The position numbers and the translations under genes were made by a program. Positions 1 to 9,073 of a DNA stretch of 64,000 nt are shown here, one piece after another. The notes under the pieces are model-generated. The model did no database searches. It was not told the origin of the DNA and saw only the letters and a program-made list of their open reading frames with translations. The stretch comes from Escherichia coli. Its GTDB lineage: Bacteria > Pseudomonadota > Gammaproteobacteria > Enterobacterales > Enterobacteriaceae. Every line of letters begins with the position of its first letter. The stretch's first letter is position 1. Location of the stretch: assembly GCF_046105845.1 (NCBI RefSeq), contig NZ_CP151004.1; one strand, 5' to 3'.

Positions 1-19
1 CCAAAAATAAAGTCCACCG

Positions 20-220
20 TCAGGCAGCCTTGTTATTCTGTTCACCAAGTTCTCTGGCAATCATTGCCGTCGTTCGTATTGCCCATTTATCGACATATTT
101 CCCATTCTCCATTACAGGAAACATTTCTTCAGGCTTAACCATGCATTCCGATTGCAGCTTGCATCCATTGCATCGCTTGAATTGTCCACACCATTGATTT
201 TTATCAATAGTCGTAGTCAT
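20..220 (-). CDS. ral: Restriction alleviation protein Ral
   Basis: 66 aa translation (MTTTIDKNQWCGQFKRCNGCKLQSECMV...) recalled as near-identical to lambda Ral; sits downstream of N in the pL operon. Confidence 0.8.
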   Translation of the reverse strand: MTTTIDKNQWCGQFKRCNGCKLQSECMVKPEEMFPVMENGKYVDKWAIRTTAMIARELGEQNNKAA

Positions 221-352
221 AAGGATAGTCCTGGTATTGTTCCATCACATCCTGCGGATGCTCTTCGAACTCTTCAAATTCTTCTTCCATATATCACCTC
301 AAATAAGTGGTTTGCTGCCAAAACAATGAACCATCCGGAAATTCCAGATAGT

Positions 353-580
353 TCATAATTCACTCTTCAATACTTCCAACTTACTAATCGCCGATAGATA
401 TCCGCGCTGATAGGGCATCATCATTCCTTCGAGCTTGACACTTCTTAACTCCTTCCTGAGCAATTGTATTGCTTGATCAATAACCTCTGCCTTAGCGTCC
501 TTTATGGCTTGCTTGCGGGGCTTTGCTTTCTGCTTTGGCAGATTTCTCAAGCATGATGGAATGTATGTCTGATTCATCAC
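353..580 (-). CDS. Hypothetical small pL-operon protein (75 aa)
   Basis: ORF abutting the N stop on the same strand; basic, helical; no family recognised. Confidence 0.4.
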   Translation of the reverse strand: MMNQTYIPSCLRNLPKQKAKPRKQAIKDAKAEVIDQAIQLLRKELRSVKLEGMMMPYQRGYLSAISKLEVLKSEL

Positions 581-853
581 TTACCTCGCTGTCAGTTGTT
601 TTGATTTCCGATAGCCTGCCGCGTAAATAGCTACGTTTGGCAGGCAAATACTTCCACTGCATTCATCTGCCTTCTTGCAGCAAAGGCTTCCTAGTGATGC
701 TGCTTTGTCTGCTCTGACGCAACCAGAGAGCTTTAGCGCAATTTTTCGCGCCAGTGCTTCATTACTGCGTCGCTCGGCAATAAGTTCTGCTCTGCGAGCT
801 TTGTAGCGGCTTTTTGCCGTACCTTTGGATTCTTTCCAGACAATGGTTACCAT
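581..853 (-). CDS. N: Antitermination protein N (phi21-type arginine-rich motif)
   Basis: Contains GTAKSRYKARRAELIAERR, recalled as the phi21 N RNA-binding peptide; AAGGAG Shine-Dalgarno precedes the second ATG (853), so the 883 start in the ORF track is probably an extension. Confidence 0.8.
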   Translation of the reverse strand: MVTIVWKESKGTAKSRYKARRAELIAERRSNEALARKIALKLSGCVRADKAASLGSLCCKKADECSGSICLPNVAIYAAGYRKSKQLTAR

Positions 854-964
854 GATGGTCTCCTTTAAGTGGCTTTGGCGCATGACGCGTCGAGGTGCTT
901 ATCTTCTCGATCGCTGTCTTGCAGCTGCAATTCGCGCCATCCCCAAAACCACTCAAGTTCTGGT

Positions 965-1003
965 CTCAACGGTTAGGTTGAGAGTCCGTCGATGTTAAAG
1001 AGC
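965..1003 (-). promoter_or_regulatory. nutL: boxA (GCTCTTTAACA on minus strand, 993-1003) and boxB hairpin (965-984)
   Basis: boxA consensus read directly; perfect stem-loop TCTCAACGGTTAGGTTGAGA between pL and N. Confidence 0.65.
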
Positions 1004-1048
1004 CTGCCAATCTGTTCCGTTTGGCTTCCAGCGTCCTGCTGATGGCTT

Positions 1049-1110
1049 AAATTTAAGACTTCTTAATTTATTGGTCAAGTGCATTTTTGAAGAAAACTTA
1101 ATTTTATGGG
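1049..1110 (-). promoter_or_regulatory. pL promoter with OL operators (P22 c2-type half-sites TTAAGA...TCTTAA)
   Basis: Minus-strand -35 TTGACC (1073-1078) and -10 TAAATT (1050-1055) with 17 nt spacing; operator-like dyad ATTTAAGACTTCTTAATT overlaps. Confidence 0.6.
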
Positions 1111-1140
1111 CGTGAATTTAGTTTGCCTTTGATTTTTAAC

Positions 1141-1169
1141 GGGAAATAAAAAAGGGGCGAAAGCCCCTT
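1141..1169 (-). terminator. Rho-independent terminator downstream of repressor gene
   Basis: GC hairpin AAGGGGCGAAAGCCCCTT followed by U-run on minus strand. Confidence 0.6.
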
Positions 1170-1818
1170 AAGGAAGGTTTGCTAGCTTGGCATCAACGAC
1201 AACGCCAATGATTTTACAGTTCCCATTGATTTCAATCATTGGGTATTGTGGATTGAGTGGTTTCAGGAATTTTCTACCGGCATCAATAACTAACTTTTTG
1301 AATGTCGCCTCGTTTTCTCCTTCAAGTTTGGCGACTACCAGCTTTCCATTACGTGGTTCGACTTCTGGGTCGACGAGAATAATCATCCCCTCAGGAATAC
1401 TCAGTCCTGCCGGGGCAGTCATTGAATCGCCTTTAACGTCGAGCCAAAAAGAGTCTTCAGAACAATCTACCGTTGTGTCGTACCAGTTATCTATTGCACG
1501 CCTATGATATGGCTCTACAGCTTCCATCCAACATCCTGCGCTTACCCAACTAATTAGAGGATACGAACCTCTTGGATCATGCCTGCTGTGATAGGCAATG
1601 TTTGAAAGACTATCCTCTCCTTTCAACAGGTAATCAGGGGAGCACTGCAAAGCCTTGGCTAAGGCCAATAGGTTTTCGCCATTGGGCTCAGTTTCAGATC
1701 GCTCCCATTGGGAAATAGCAACATTAGACACGCCAACCATCTTGCCAAGGGCAGCCTGCCTAATCTTGAGTTCTTTTCTGCGAGCGCGAATACGCTCACC
1801 CATCAGTTGTGTATTCAT
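1168..1818 (-). CDS. c2: Prophage repressor, P22 C2-like (HTH plus LexA/S24-type C-terminal domain)
   Basis: 216 aa; N-terminus MNTQLMGERIRARRKELKIRQAALGKMVGVSNVAISQWERSE recalled as P22 c2; divergent from cro across an operator region. Confidence 0.92.
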   Translation of the reverse strand: MNTQLMGERIRARRKELKIRQAALGKMVGVSNVAISQWERSETEPNGENLLALAKALQCSPDYLLKGEDSLSNIAYHSRHDPRGSYPLISWVSAGCWMEAVEPYHRRAIDNWYDTTVDCSEDSFWLDVKGDSMTAPAGLSIPEGMIILVDPEVEPRNGKLVVAKLEGENEATFKKLVIDAGRKFLKPLNPQYPMIEINGNCKIIGVVVDAKLANLP

Positions 1819-1890
1819 AGTTAAGACATCTTAAATAAACTTGACTTAAGATTCCTTTGGTGGATAATTTAAGTGTTCTTTAATTTCGGA
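1819..1890. promoter_or_regulatory. OR operators with pR (rightward) and pRM (leftward) promoters
   Basis: Three operator-like dyads (AGTTAAGACATCTTAAAT, ACTTAAGATTCC..., ATTTAAGTGTTCTTTAAT); TTGACT (1841-1846) and GATAAT (1863-1868) 16 nt apart. Confidence 0.65.
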
Positions 1891-1898
1891 GCGAGTCT

Positions 1899-2084
1899 AT
1901 GTACAAAAAAGATGTTATTGACCACTTCGGAACCCAGCGTGCTGTTGCTAAAGCACTAGGCATTAGCGATGCAGCAGTCTCTCAGTGGAAAGAAGTTATC
2001 CCAGAGAAAGACGCCTATCGATTGGAAATCGTTACAGCTGGCGCCCTGAAGTATCAAGAAAGTGCTTACCGCCAAGCGGCATAA
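1899..2084 (+). CDS. cro: Cro repressor (P22-type)
   Basis: 61 aa MYKKDVIDHFGTQRAVAKALGISDAAVSQWKE..., HTH, first gene of the pR operon. Confidence 0.9.
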   Translation: MYKKDVIDHFGTQRAVAKALGISDAAVSQWKEVIPEKDAYRLEIVTAGALKYQESAYRQAA

Positions 2085-2121
2085 GCAAATTGCTCTTTAA
2101 CAGTTCTGGCCTTTCACCTCT
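2081..2121 (+). promoter_or_regulatory. nutR: boxA (TGCTCTTTAACA, 2081-2092) and boxB hairpin (2103-2121)
   Basis: boxA consensus directly after cro stop; stem-loop TTCACCTCTAACAGGGTGA. Confidence 0.65.
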
Positions 2122-2199
2122 AACAGGGTGAGCAAACATCAGCGGCAAATCCATTGGGTGTGCCGCTATAACTCAATATCAATATAGGAAAATTAACAA

Positions 2200-2496
2200 A
2201 TGGCACAAGCAAGCTACAGCAAGCCAACACAGCGAGAAATTGATCGCGCTGAAACTGATTTACTCATCAACCTGTCAACGCTTACCCAGCGCGGTCTGGC
2301 AAAGATGATTGGCTGTCATGAATCGAAGATAAGCAGAACGGACTGGAGATTTATTGCTTCGGTCTTGTGTGCTTTCGGAATGGCATCAGACATCAGTCCG
2401 ATTAGCAGGGCTTTTAAGTATGCATTGGATGGAATCGCAAAGAAAAAATCCCCGGCTGCCACCGAGGATTCTGAGCAAATTGATATGCAATTCTGA
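2200..2496 (+). CDS. c1: CII-type transcriptional activator (P22 C1-like)
   Basis: 98 aa with HTH; C-terminus KKKSPAATEDSEQIDMQF resembles lambda CII / P22 C1 tail; position after cro. Confidence 0.8.
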   Translation: MAQASYSKPTQREIDRAETDLLINLSTLTQRGLAKMIGCHESKISRTDWRFIASVLCAFGMASDISPISRAFKYALDGIAKKKSPAATEDSEQIDMQF

Positions 2497-2528
2497 GGTA
2501 ATTACTGGATCAATCCACAGGAGTAATT

Positions 2529-2687
2529 ATGACAAAACGTCGTAAGAAATACCAGGAAAAAGAAGAGATTCGACACCCTGATTCACCTGAGGGATTAGTG
2601 GTAGCCGCAGCAAATAACAGGGCGTTCGCAGAGCGCCTTGTTGGTGTTTACAGACTAGCCAAAGCAGGAGTGAAACATGGGCGTCGT
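2529..2687 (+). CDS. Small hypothetical ORF (52 aa, MTKRRKKYQEKEEIRHPDSPEG...) overlapping start of replication gene
   Basis: ATG ORF found by eye between c1 and gene 18; not in ORF track because under 60 aa. Confidence 0.3.
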
Positions 2688-3507
2688 TAAGTTAGCTGAT
2701 TACAGGCCTCAACTGGAGGTCGTGGAGCATCGCGTGGCAGAACTCGAAGATGGCTACACTCGGACTGCAAACACACTGTTAGAAGCCGCCATGCTTTCTG
2801 GGCTTACTCTACATCAGTTACTGATTGTTATGGCTGTGTGGCGCAAGACATACGGTTACAACAAAAAAATAGATTGGATCGGAAACGAACAGTTCGCTGA
2901 ACTCACTGGCATGGCACCAACCAAATGTTCTACCGCCAAAAACGAGCTTATCAGAATGGGAGTTCTCATTCAGGTGGGGCGTCAAGTTGGTATGAATACA
3001 AACATTTCCGAGTGGAAAACGAAAGTTAACGGATTCGGTAAAACATTTACCAATTCGGTAAAACAAACCTTCACCAAATCGGTAAAAAGCAATTTACCGA
3101 ATCAGTCAAACACAAAAGACAATATACAAAAGACAATAAATACAAATACCCCCTTACCCCCTAACGGGGGCGGCGATGGGCAGGTTAAACCTGAACGTCG
3201 CAAGGCAGAACGAATCGACTATGAATCCTTCCTGAACGCCTACAACACCGAAGTCGGTGACAGACTGCCACACGCTGTTGCGGTCAACGAGAAACGCAAA
3301 CGCCGCCTGAAGAAAATCATCCCGCAACTGAAAACGCCAAACGTGGACGGTTTCAGAGCGTATGTCAGGGCGTTTGTACATCAGGCCAAGCCGTTTTACT
3401 TCGGAGACAACGACACTGGCTGGACGGCAGATTTTGATTACCTGCTGAGGGAAGATTCGTTAACGGGAGTACGGGAAGGGAAGTTTGCAGACAGGGGGAT
3501 TGCATGA
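2677..3507 (+). CDS. Replication initiation protein (lambda O / P22 gene 18-like)
   Basis: 276 aa; N-terminal domain [30 protein letters not shown] matches the O-protein DNA-binding fold; followed by helicase. Confidence 0.85.
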   Translation: MGVVKLADYRPQLEVVEHRVAELEDGYTRTANTLLEAAMLSGLTLHQLLIVMAVWRKTYGYNKKIDWIGNEQFAELTGMAPTKCSTAKNELIRMGVLIQVGRQVGMNTNISEWKTKVNGFGKTFTNSVKQTFTKSVKSNLPNQSNTKDNIQKTINTNTPLPPNGGGDGQVKPERRKAERIDYESFLNAYNTEVGDRLPHAVAVNEKRKRRLKKIIPQLKTPNVDGFRAYVRAFVHQAKPFYFGDNDTGWTADFDYLLREDSLTGVREGKFADRGIA

Positions 3508-4880
3508 GACAGGATATCGAAGCGAGCGTTATCGGTGGCCTGCTGATTGGTGGATTAACACCAACCGCCAGCGACGTTCTGGCAACGCTGGAGCCGGAAG
3601 CGTTTTCAATTCCGCTCTACCGGAAAGCCTTCGAGGTTATCCGCAAGCAGGCGAGAAACAGAAACCTAATCGACGCGCTGATGGTTGCAGAGGCGTGCGG
3701 AGAGGAGCATTTCACGTCAATCCTGATGACCAGCAAGAACTGCCCGAGTGCCGCAAACCTGAAGGGATATGCTGGAATGGTCGCGGATAACTATCACCGC
3801 CGTCTGGTGCTGGAAATCATGGACGAAATGCGTGAACCAATTCAGAGCGGAACCATCGACGCATCGAGTCAGGCGATGGACGAGCTGGTAAAGCGTCTTT
3901 CAGCCATCAGAAAGCCACGTGACGAGGTAAAACCTGTACGGTTAGGGGAAATCATCACCGACTACACTGACACGCTTGACAGGCGTCTGAGGAACGGAGA
4001 AGAGTCAGATACCCTGAAGACCGGAATCGAAGAACTTGATGCCATCACCGGAGGGATGAACGCGGAAGACCTGGTGATAATCGCTGCTCGTCCTGGTATG
4101 GGGAAAACCGAGCTGGCGCTGAAGATTGCCGAAGGCGTTGCAAGCCGCGTTATTCCTGGTTCTGACGTCCGGCGCGGGGTATTGATTTTCTCAATGGAAA
4201 TGAGCGCATTGCAGATTGCAGAGCGAAGCATTGCCAACGCCGGGAGGATGTCGGTTAGCGTACTGCGAAATCCTGCATCGATGGATGACGAAGGCTGGGC
4301 GCGTGTTGCTAACGGCATGAGTCAGCTTGCAGATTTGGATGTATGGGTAGTCGATGCCTCGCGGTTATCGGTAGAAGAAATTCGCTCAATCGCAGAGCGG
4401 CACAAACAGGAAAATCCAAACCTGTCACTCATCATGGCGGATTATCTTGGCCTGATTGAGAAGCCGAAAGCAGACCGCAACGACCTCGCAATTGCTCACA
4501 TCTCAGGAAGCCTGAAGGCGATGGCGAAAGACCTGAAAACGCCTGTTATCTCCCTAAGTCAGCTTTCGCGCGATGTTGAGAAGCGACCAAACAAACGCCC
4601 GACAAACGCAGATTTGCGTGATTCAGGAAGCATTGAGCAGGACGCAGACTCAATCATCATGCTCTATCGGGAAGCGGTATATGACGAGAACAGTAGCGCC
4701 GCGCCATTTGCTGAAATCATCGTGACGAAAAACCGTTTTGGCTCACTTGGTACGGTTTACCAGCGGTTCTGTAACGGACACTTTGTTGCATGTGACCAGG
4801 ATGAAGCCAGACAGATTTGCACAGCATCAAATGCACCTGCTGCGCGTGGCAGACGATATGCACAAGGGGCGGACGTATGA
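3504..4880 (+). CDS. Replicative DNA helicase, DnaB family (P22 gene 12-like)
   Basis: 458 aa; Walker A GMGKTE and DnaB C-terminal motifs; overlaps O-like gene stop. Confidence 0.9.
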   Translation: MRQDIEASVIGGLLIGGLTPTASDVLATLEPEAFSIPLYRKAFEVIRKQARNRNLIDALMVAEACGEEHFTSILMTSKNCPSAANLKGYAGMVADNYHRRLVLEIMDEMREPIQSGTIDASSQAMDELVKRLSAIRKPRDEVKPVRLGEIITDYTDTLDRRLRNGEESDTLKTGIEELDAITGGMNAEDLVIIAARPGMGKTELALKIAEGVASRVIPGSDVRRGVLIFSMEMSALQIAERSIANAGRMSVSVLRNPASMDDEGWARVANGMSQLADLDVWVVDASRLSVEEIRSIAERHKQENPNLSLIMADYLGLIEKPKADRNDLAIAHISGSLKAMAKDLKTPVISLSQLSRDVEKRPNKRPTNADLRDSGSIEQDADSIIMLYREAVYDENSSAAPFAEIIVTKNRFGSLGTVYQRFCNGHFVACDQDEARQICTASNAPAARGRRYAQGADV

Positions 4881-4906
4881 CCATCTACATCACTGAGCTA
4901 ATAACA

Positions 4907-4938
4907 GGCCTGCTGGTAATCGCAGGCCTTTTTATTTG
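4907..4938 (+). terminator. Rho-independent terminator after helicase gene
   Basis: Hairpin AGGCCTGCTGGTAATCGCAGGCCT followed by TTTTATTT. Confidence 0.55.
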
Positions 4939-4953
4939 GGGGAGAGGGAAGTC

Positions 4954-5394
4954 ATGAAAAAACTAACCTTTGAAATTCGATCTCCAGCACATCAGCAAAA
5001 CGCTATTCACGCGGTACAGCAAATTCTTCCAGACCCAACCAAACCAATCGTAGTAACCATTCAGGAACGCAACCGCAGCTTAGACCAGAATCGAAAGCTT
5101 TGGGCTTGCCTTGGTGACGTCTCTCGTCAGGTTGAATGGCATGGTCGCTGGCTGGATGCAGAAAGCTGGAAGTGTGTGTTTACCGCAGCATTAAAGCAGC
5201 AGGACGTTGTTCCTAACCTTGCCGGGAATGGCTTTGTGGTAATAGGCCAGTCAACCAGCAGGATGCGTGTAGGCGAATTTGCGGAGCTATTAGAGCTTAT
5301 ACAGGCATTCGGTACAGAGCGTGGCGTTAAGTGGTCAGACGAAGCGCGACTGGCTCTGGAGTGGAAAGCAAGATGGGGAGACAGGGCGGCATGA
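4954..5394 (+). CDS. ninB: Recombination protein NinB
   Basis: 146 aa from [23 protein letters not shown]..., recalled as near-identical to lambda NinB. Confidence 0.9.
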   Translation: MKKLTFEIRSPAHQQNAIHAVQQILPDPTKPIVVTIQERNRSLDQNRKLWACLGDVSRQVEWHGRWLDAESWKCVFTAALKQQDVVPNLAGNGFVVIGQSTSRMRVGEFAELLELIQAFGTERGVKWSDEARLALEWKARWGDRAA

Positions 5395-5567
5395 GGCGAC
5401 AGCGACGAAGTATCACCGACATCATCTGCGAAAACTGCAAATACCTTCCAACGAAGCGCTCCAGAAATAAACGCAAGCCAATCCCAAAAGAATCTGACGT
5501 AAAAACCTTCAATTACACGGCTCACCTGTGGGATATCCGGTGGCTAAGACATCGTGCGAGGAAATGA
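5391..5567 (+). CDS. Small basic nin-region protein (NinE-like, 58 aa)
   Basis: ATG overlaps ninB stop (ATGA); [30 protein letters not shown]...; family assignment from memory only. Confidence 0.5.
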   Translation: MRRQRRSITDIICENCKYLPTKRSRNKRKPIPKESDVKTFNYTAHLWDIRWLRHRARK

Positions 5568-5648
5568 CAATGCTTTTAATTCAACTTGGATTTGGCCTTA
5601 GCATCAAAAAATGTCACATGTTTGGCGAGAAAGAGTCTCAACGAAAAA

Positions 5649-5971
5649 TGGTGCTTATCAAGTTGCCATTTATCAGTATTTGTTGGCTAAACAGGGAGGC
5701 CGCAAATTATTTGTCTACATGCGCCAGAGCAGCATTTAACGACCCTGAGTGGTTTGTAGAAAACCATCACGCTGTTCGTCAGGCAAAGAGAAAGGCCGAA
5801 ACGACATACATGAAGGCGTATCGAAAAGCATGGAAAGAACACCGCGATCGATACCAACAAGACATGGAAAAGCTTGAATCAGAAAACATGGAATTAAGAC
5901 GAAAGCTCGGTGAAGCAAAACGAGACATTGATGCTTACAAGCGACTTTTTAATGGTGAAAGCCATGCTTAG
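5649..5971 (+). CDS. Hypothetical nin-region protein, start uncertain (ORF track gives 5528)
   Basis: Open frame with coiled-coil C-terminus; true start codon not resolved. Confidence 0.35.
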
Positions 5972-6140
5972 TCCATCCCAATCTCTTCAATACCAGAAAG
6001 AAAGCGTCGAGCGGGCTTTAACGTGCGCTAACTGCGGTCAGAAGCTGCATGTGCTTGAAGTTCACGTGTGCTCCGATTGCTGCGCAGAACTGATGAGCGA
6101 TCCGAATAGCTCAATGTACGAGGAAGAAGACGATGAGTGA
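5964..6140 (+). CDS. ninF: NinF
   Basis: 58 aa MLSPSQSLQYQKESVERALTCANCGQKLHVLEVHVC..., recalled as lambda NinF. Confidence 0.8.
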   Translation: MLSPSQSLQYQKESVERALTCANCGQKLHVLEVHVCSDCCAELMSDPNSSMYEEEDDE

Positions 6141-6402
6141 TTTCGCTGAGCTTATTTCCTTCAAAAAAGACAGAGAAGAAATGCGGACTGAATCTGTCTA
6201 TTACGTTCAACACCGGAATAAACGCTCGGTGCTTGATCAGGAGTTGGTTATTACCGGAGACCTGGCATTCAGAACATATAAGGCCAGCATGGAAATGAAG
6301 GATTTCCCTAAATGTGGTTCTGAAAGAGAAGCCGCGTTAAAGCTGGCTGAGTGGATGCAGAGAATGGCTGCTGCAATTGAGAATTACTGGAGTGAACCAT
6401 AA
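6133..6402 (+). CDS. Hypothetical nin-region protein (89 aa)
   Basis: ORF overlapping ninF stop and ybcO-like start, i.e. translationally coupled. Confidence 0.55.
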   Translation: MSDFAELISFKKDREEMRTESVYYVQHRNKRSVLDQELVITGDLAFRTYKASMEMKDFPKCGSEREAALKLAEWMQRMAAAIENYWSEP

Positions 6403-6692
6403 TGGCTAACCTACGCAAAGAAGCGCGCGGCAGAGAATGCCAGGTACGTATTTACGGCATATGCAATGGCAATCCTGAAACTACAGTTCTGGCACATTAC
6501 CGGATGGCTGGAATTTGCGGAACGGGAATGAAACCTGACGACCTGATTGGCGCATGGGCTTGTAGCGCGTGTCACGATGAAATCGACCGACGCACCCATA
6601 ATCTCGACAACAAAGACGCCAGACTTTACCACCTCGAAGGTGTGATCAGGACGCAGGCGATACTGCTGAAGGAGGGGAAGATTAAGCCATGA
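6402..6692 (+). CDS. YbcO-like DUF1364 putative nuclease
   Basis: 96 aa MANLRKEARGRECQVRIYGICNGNPETTVLAH...ACSACHDEIDRR, resembles DLP12 YbcO. Confidence 0.8.
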   Translation: MANLRKEARGRECQVRIYGICNGNPETTVLAHYRMAGICGTGMKPDDLIGAWACSACHDEIDRRTHNLDNKDARLYHLEGVIRTQAILLKEGKIKP

Positions 6693-7051
6693 ACGAATAT
6701 CAGTTTGTGCTTCCTTACCCGCCGTCGGTGAACACCTACTGGCGAAGACGGGGAAGCCAATACTACATCAGCGATAAAGGCCAGAAATACCGAAAAGACG
6801 TTCAGCAAATTATCCGCCAACTCAAGTTAGACATTTTCACCAAATCACGACTCCGCATCAAAGTCATCGCAGACGTTCCAGACTCACGCCGCCGCGACCT
6901 CGATAACATCCTGAAAGGTTTACTCGACTCCCTTATCCACGCCGGATTTGCGGAAGACGACGAGCAATTCGATGACATTCGCGTAATTCGTGGTGTGAAA
7001 GTACCAGGTGGAAGGCTTGGAATAAAAATCACCGAACTGGAGAACGCATGA
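6689..7051 (+). CDS. rusA: Holliday junction resolvase RusA
   Basis: 120 aa with RusA motifs (YPPSVNTYW, DLDNILKGLLDSL). Confidence 0.9.
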   Translation: MNEYQFVLPYPPSVNTYWRRRGSQYYISDKGQKYRKDVQQIIRQLKLDIFTKSRLRIKVIADVPDSRRRDLDNILKGLLDSLIHAGFAEDDEQFDDIRVIRGVKVPGGRLGIKITELENA

Positions 7052-7236
7052 ACGCCACAATTCAAACGATACCAGAGCTTCTTATCCAGACACGAGGCAA
7101 TCAGACCGAAGTGGCAAGGATGCTTTCCTGCGCAAGAGGAACAGTGCTCAAGTACAACCGAGACAGCAAAGGCGAGCGTCATGTAATAGTTAACGGCGTC
7201 CTGATGGTCAAACAGGGCAAGAGGGGAAGACGATGA
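7048..7236 (+). CDS. ninH: NinH
   Basis: 62 aa ...GNQTEVARMLSCARGTVLKY..., resembles lambda NinH. Confidence 0.75.
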   Translation: MNATIQTIPELLIQTRGNQTEVARMLSCARGTVLKYNRDSKGERHVIVNGVLMVKQGKRGRR

Positions 7237-7856
7237 GACTCGAAAGCGTAGCTAAATTTCATTCGCCAAAAAGCCCGATGATGAGCGACTCACCACGGGC
7301 TACGGCTTCTGACTCTCTTTCCGGTACTGATGTGATGGCTGCTATGGGGATGGCACAATCACAGGCCGGATTCGGGATGGCTGCATTTTGCGGTAAGCAC
7401 GAACTCAGCCAGAACGACAAACAAAAGGCTATCAACTATCTGATGCAATTTGCACACAAGGTATCGGGGAAATACCGTGGTGTGGCAAAGCTCGAAGGAA
7501 ATACTAAGGCAAAGGTACTGCAAGTGCTCGCAATATTCGCTTATGCGGATTATTGCCGTAGTGCCGCGACGCCGGGTGCAAGATGCAGAGATTGCCACGG
7601 TACAGGCCGTGCGGTTGATATAGCCAAAACGGAGCAGTGGGGGAGAGTTGTTGAGAAAGAGTGCGGAAGATGCAAAGGTGTCGGCTATTCAAGAATGCCA
7701 GCAAGCGCCGCATATCGCGCTGTAACGATGCTAATCCCAAACCTTACCCAACCCACCTGGTCACGCACTGTTAAGCCGCTGTATGACGCTCTGGTGGTGC
7801 AATGCCACAAAGAAGAGTCAATCGCAGACAATATTTTGAATGCGGTCACACGTTAG
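7233..7856 (+). CDS. Q: Late-gene antiterminator Q (lambda-type)
   Basis: 207 aa, MRLESVAKFHSPKSPMMSDSPRATASD..., recalled as essentially lambda Q. Confidence 0.95.
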   Translation: MRLESVAKFHSPKSPMMSDSPRATASDSLSGTDVMAAMGMAQSQAGFGMAAFCGKHELSQNDKQKAINYLMQFAHKVSGKYRGVAKLEGNTKAKVLQVLAIFAYADYCRSAATPGARCRDCHGTGRAVDIAKTEQWGRVVEKECGRCKGVGYSRMPASAAYRAVTMLIPNLTQPTWSRTVKPLYDALVVQCHKEESIADNILNAVTR

Positions 7857-7898
7857 CAGTATGATTGCCACGGATGGCAACATATTAACGGCATGATA

Positions 7899-7940
7899 TT
7901 GACTTATTGAATAAAATTGGGTAAATTTGACTCAACGATG
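7899..7940 (+). promoter_or_regulatory. Late promoter pR' with qut region
   Basis: TTGACT (7899-7904), 17 nt spacer, TAAATT (7922-7927), as in lambda pR'. Confidence 0.75.
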
Positions 7941-7963
7941 GATAAATGCACTCGTTAAATAAA

Positions 7964-7992
7964 GCCCTGAGTTAATAGCTCGGGGCTTTTTG
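7964..7992 (+). terminator. Rho-independent terminator just downstream of pR' (candidate tR')
   Basis: Hairpin GCCCTGAGTTAATAGCTCGGGGC followed by TTTTT. Confidence 0.6.
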
Positions 7993-8134
7993 CGTTTTAA
8001 ACACGACCTTTCTGAAAGCACATCAAACCAAATACCAGACAGACAAAAATAATCACCTTATCCGCTGTGGCTACGGTGCGGTGTGCTTTGCATAAAAGAA
8101 AACCAGCTCAATGGCTGGCTTCGTGAAAGCGGGT

Positions 8135-8170
8135 GGCAAGAGGTTGCGCTAACAACCTCCTGCCGTTTTG
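8135..8170 (+). terminator. Second hairpin plus U-run in late leader
   Basis: 12-bp stem GGCAAGAGGTTG/CAACCTCCTGCC (one mismatch) followed by GTTTTG. Confidence 0.45.
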
Positions 8171-8289
8171 CCCGTGCATATCGGTCACGAACAAATCTGA
8201 TTACTAAACACAGTAGCCTGGATTTGTTCTATCAGTAACCGACCTTATTCCTAATTAAATAGAGCAAATCCCCTTATTGGGGGTAAGAC

Positions 8290-8613
8290 ATGAAGATGCC
8301 AGAAAAACATGACCTGTTAGCCGCCATTCTCGCGGCAAAGGAACAAGGCATCGGGGCAATCCTTGCGTTTGCAATGGCGTACCTTCGCGGCAGATATAAT
8401 GGCGGTGCGTTTACAAAAACAGTAATCGACGCAACGATGTGCGCCATTATCGCCTGGTTCATTCGTGACCTTCTCGACTTAGCAGGACTAAGTAGCAATC
8501 TCGCTTATATAACGAGCGTGTTCATCGGCTACATCGGTACTGACTCGATTGGTTCGCTTATCAAACGCTTCGCTGCTAAAAAAGCCGGAGTAGAAGATGG
8601 TGGAAATCAATAA
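8290..8613 (+). CDS. S: Holin S (class I, dual-start M1/M3)
   Basis: 107 aa [20 protein letters not shown]..., recalled as lambda S. Confidence 0.95.
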   Translation: MKMPEKHDLLAAILAAKEQGIGAILAFAMAYLRGRYNGGAFTKTVIDATMCAIIAWFIRDLLDLAGLSSNLAYITSVFIGYIGTDSIGSLIKRFAAKKAGVEDGGNQ

Positions 8614-9073
8614 TCAACGTAAGGCGTTCCTCGATATGCTGGCGTGGTCAGAGGGAACAGATAACGGACGACAGAAAACCAGAAATCATGGTTATGACGT
8701 CATTGTTGGCGGAGAGCTATTCACTGATTACTCCGATCACCCTCGCAAACTTGTCACGCTAAATCCAAAACTCAAATCAACAGCAGCCGGGCGCTATCAG
8801 CTTCTTTCCCGTTGGTGGGATGCCTACCGTAAGCAGCTTGGCCTGAAAGACTTCTCTCCCAAAAGCCAGGACGCTGTTGCGCTGCAGCAGATTAAGGAAC
8901 GTGGCGCTTTGCCGATGATTGATCGCGGTGATATTCGTCAGGCTATCGACCGTTGCAGCAATATCTGGGCTTCACTGCCGGGCGCTGGCTATGGCCAGTT
9001 CGAGCATAAGGCTGACAGCCTGATTGCAAAATTCAAAGAAGTTGGCGGAACGGTCAGAGAGATTGAGGTATGA
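8597..9073 (+). CDS. R: Endolysin R (lytic transglycosylase)
   Basis: 158 aa [24 protein letters not shown]..., recalled as lambda R. Confidence 0.95.
   Translation: MVEINNQRKAFLDMLAWSEGTDNGRQKTRNHGYDVIVGGELFTDYSDHPRKLVTLNPKLKSTAAGRYQLLSRWWDAYRKQLGLKDFSPKSQDAVALQQIKERGALPMIDRGDIRQAIDRCSNIWASLPGAGYGQFEHKADSLIAKFKEVGGTVREIEV

Noticed and set aside
152-358. 68-aa plus-strand ORF
   Set aside because: Antisense to ral, no RBS, and against the direction of the pL operon
5331-5390. Upstream portion of the 78-aa ORF
   Set aside because: Lies inside ninB in another frame; the ATG at 5391 overlapping the ninB stop is the more plausible start
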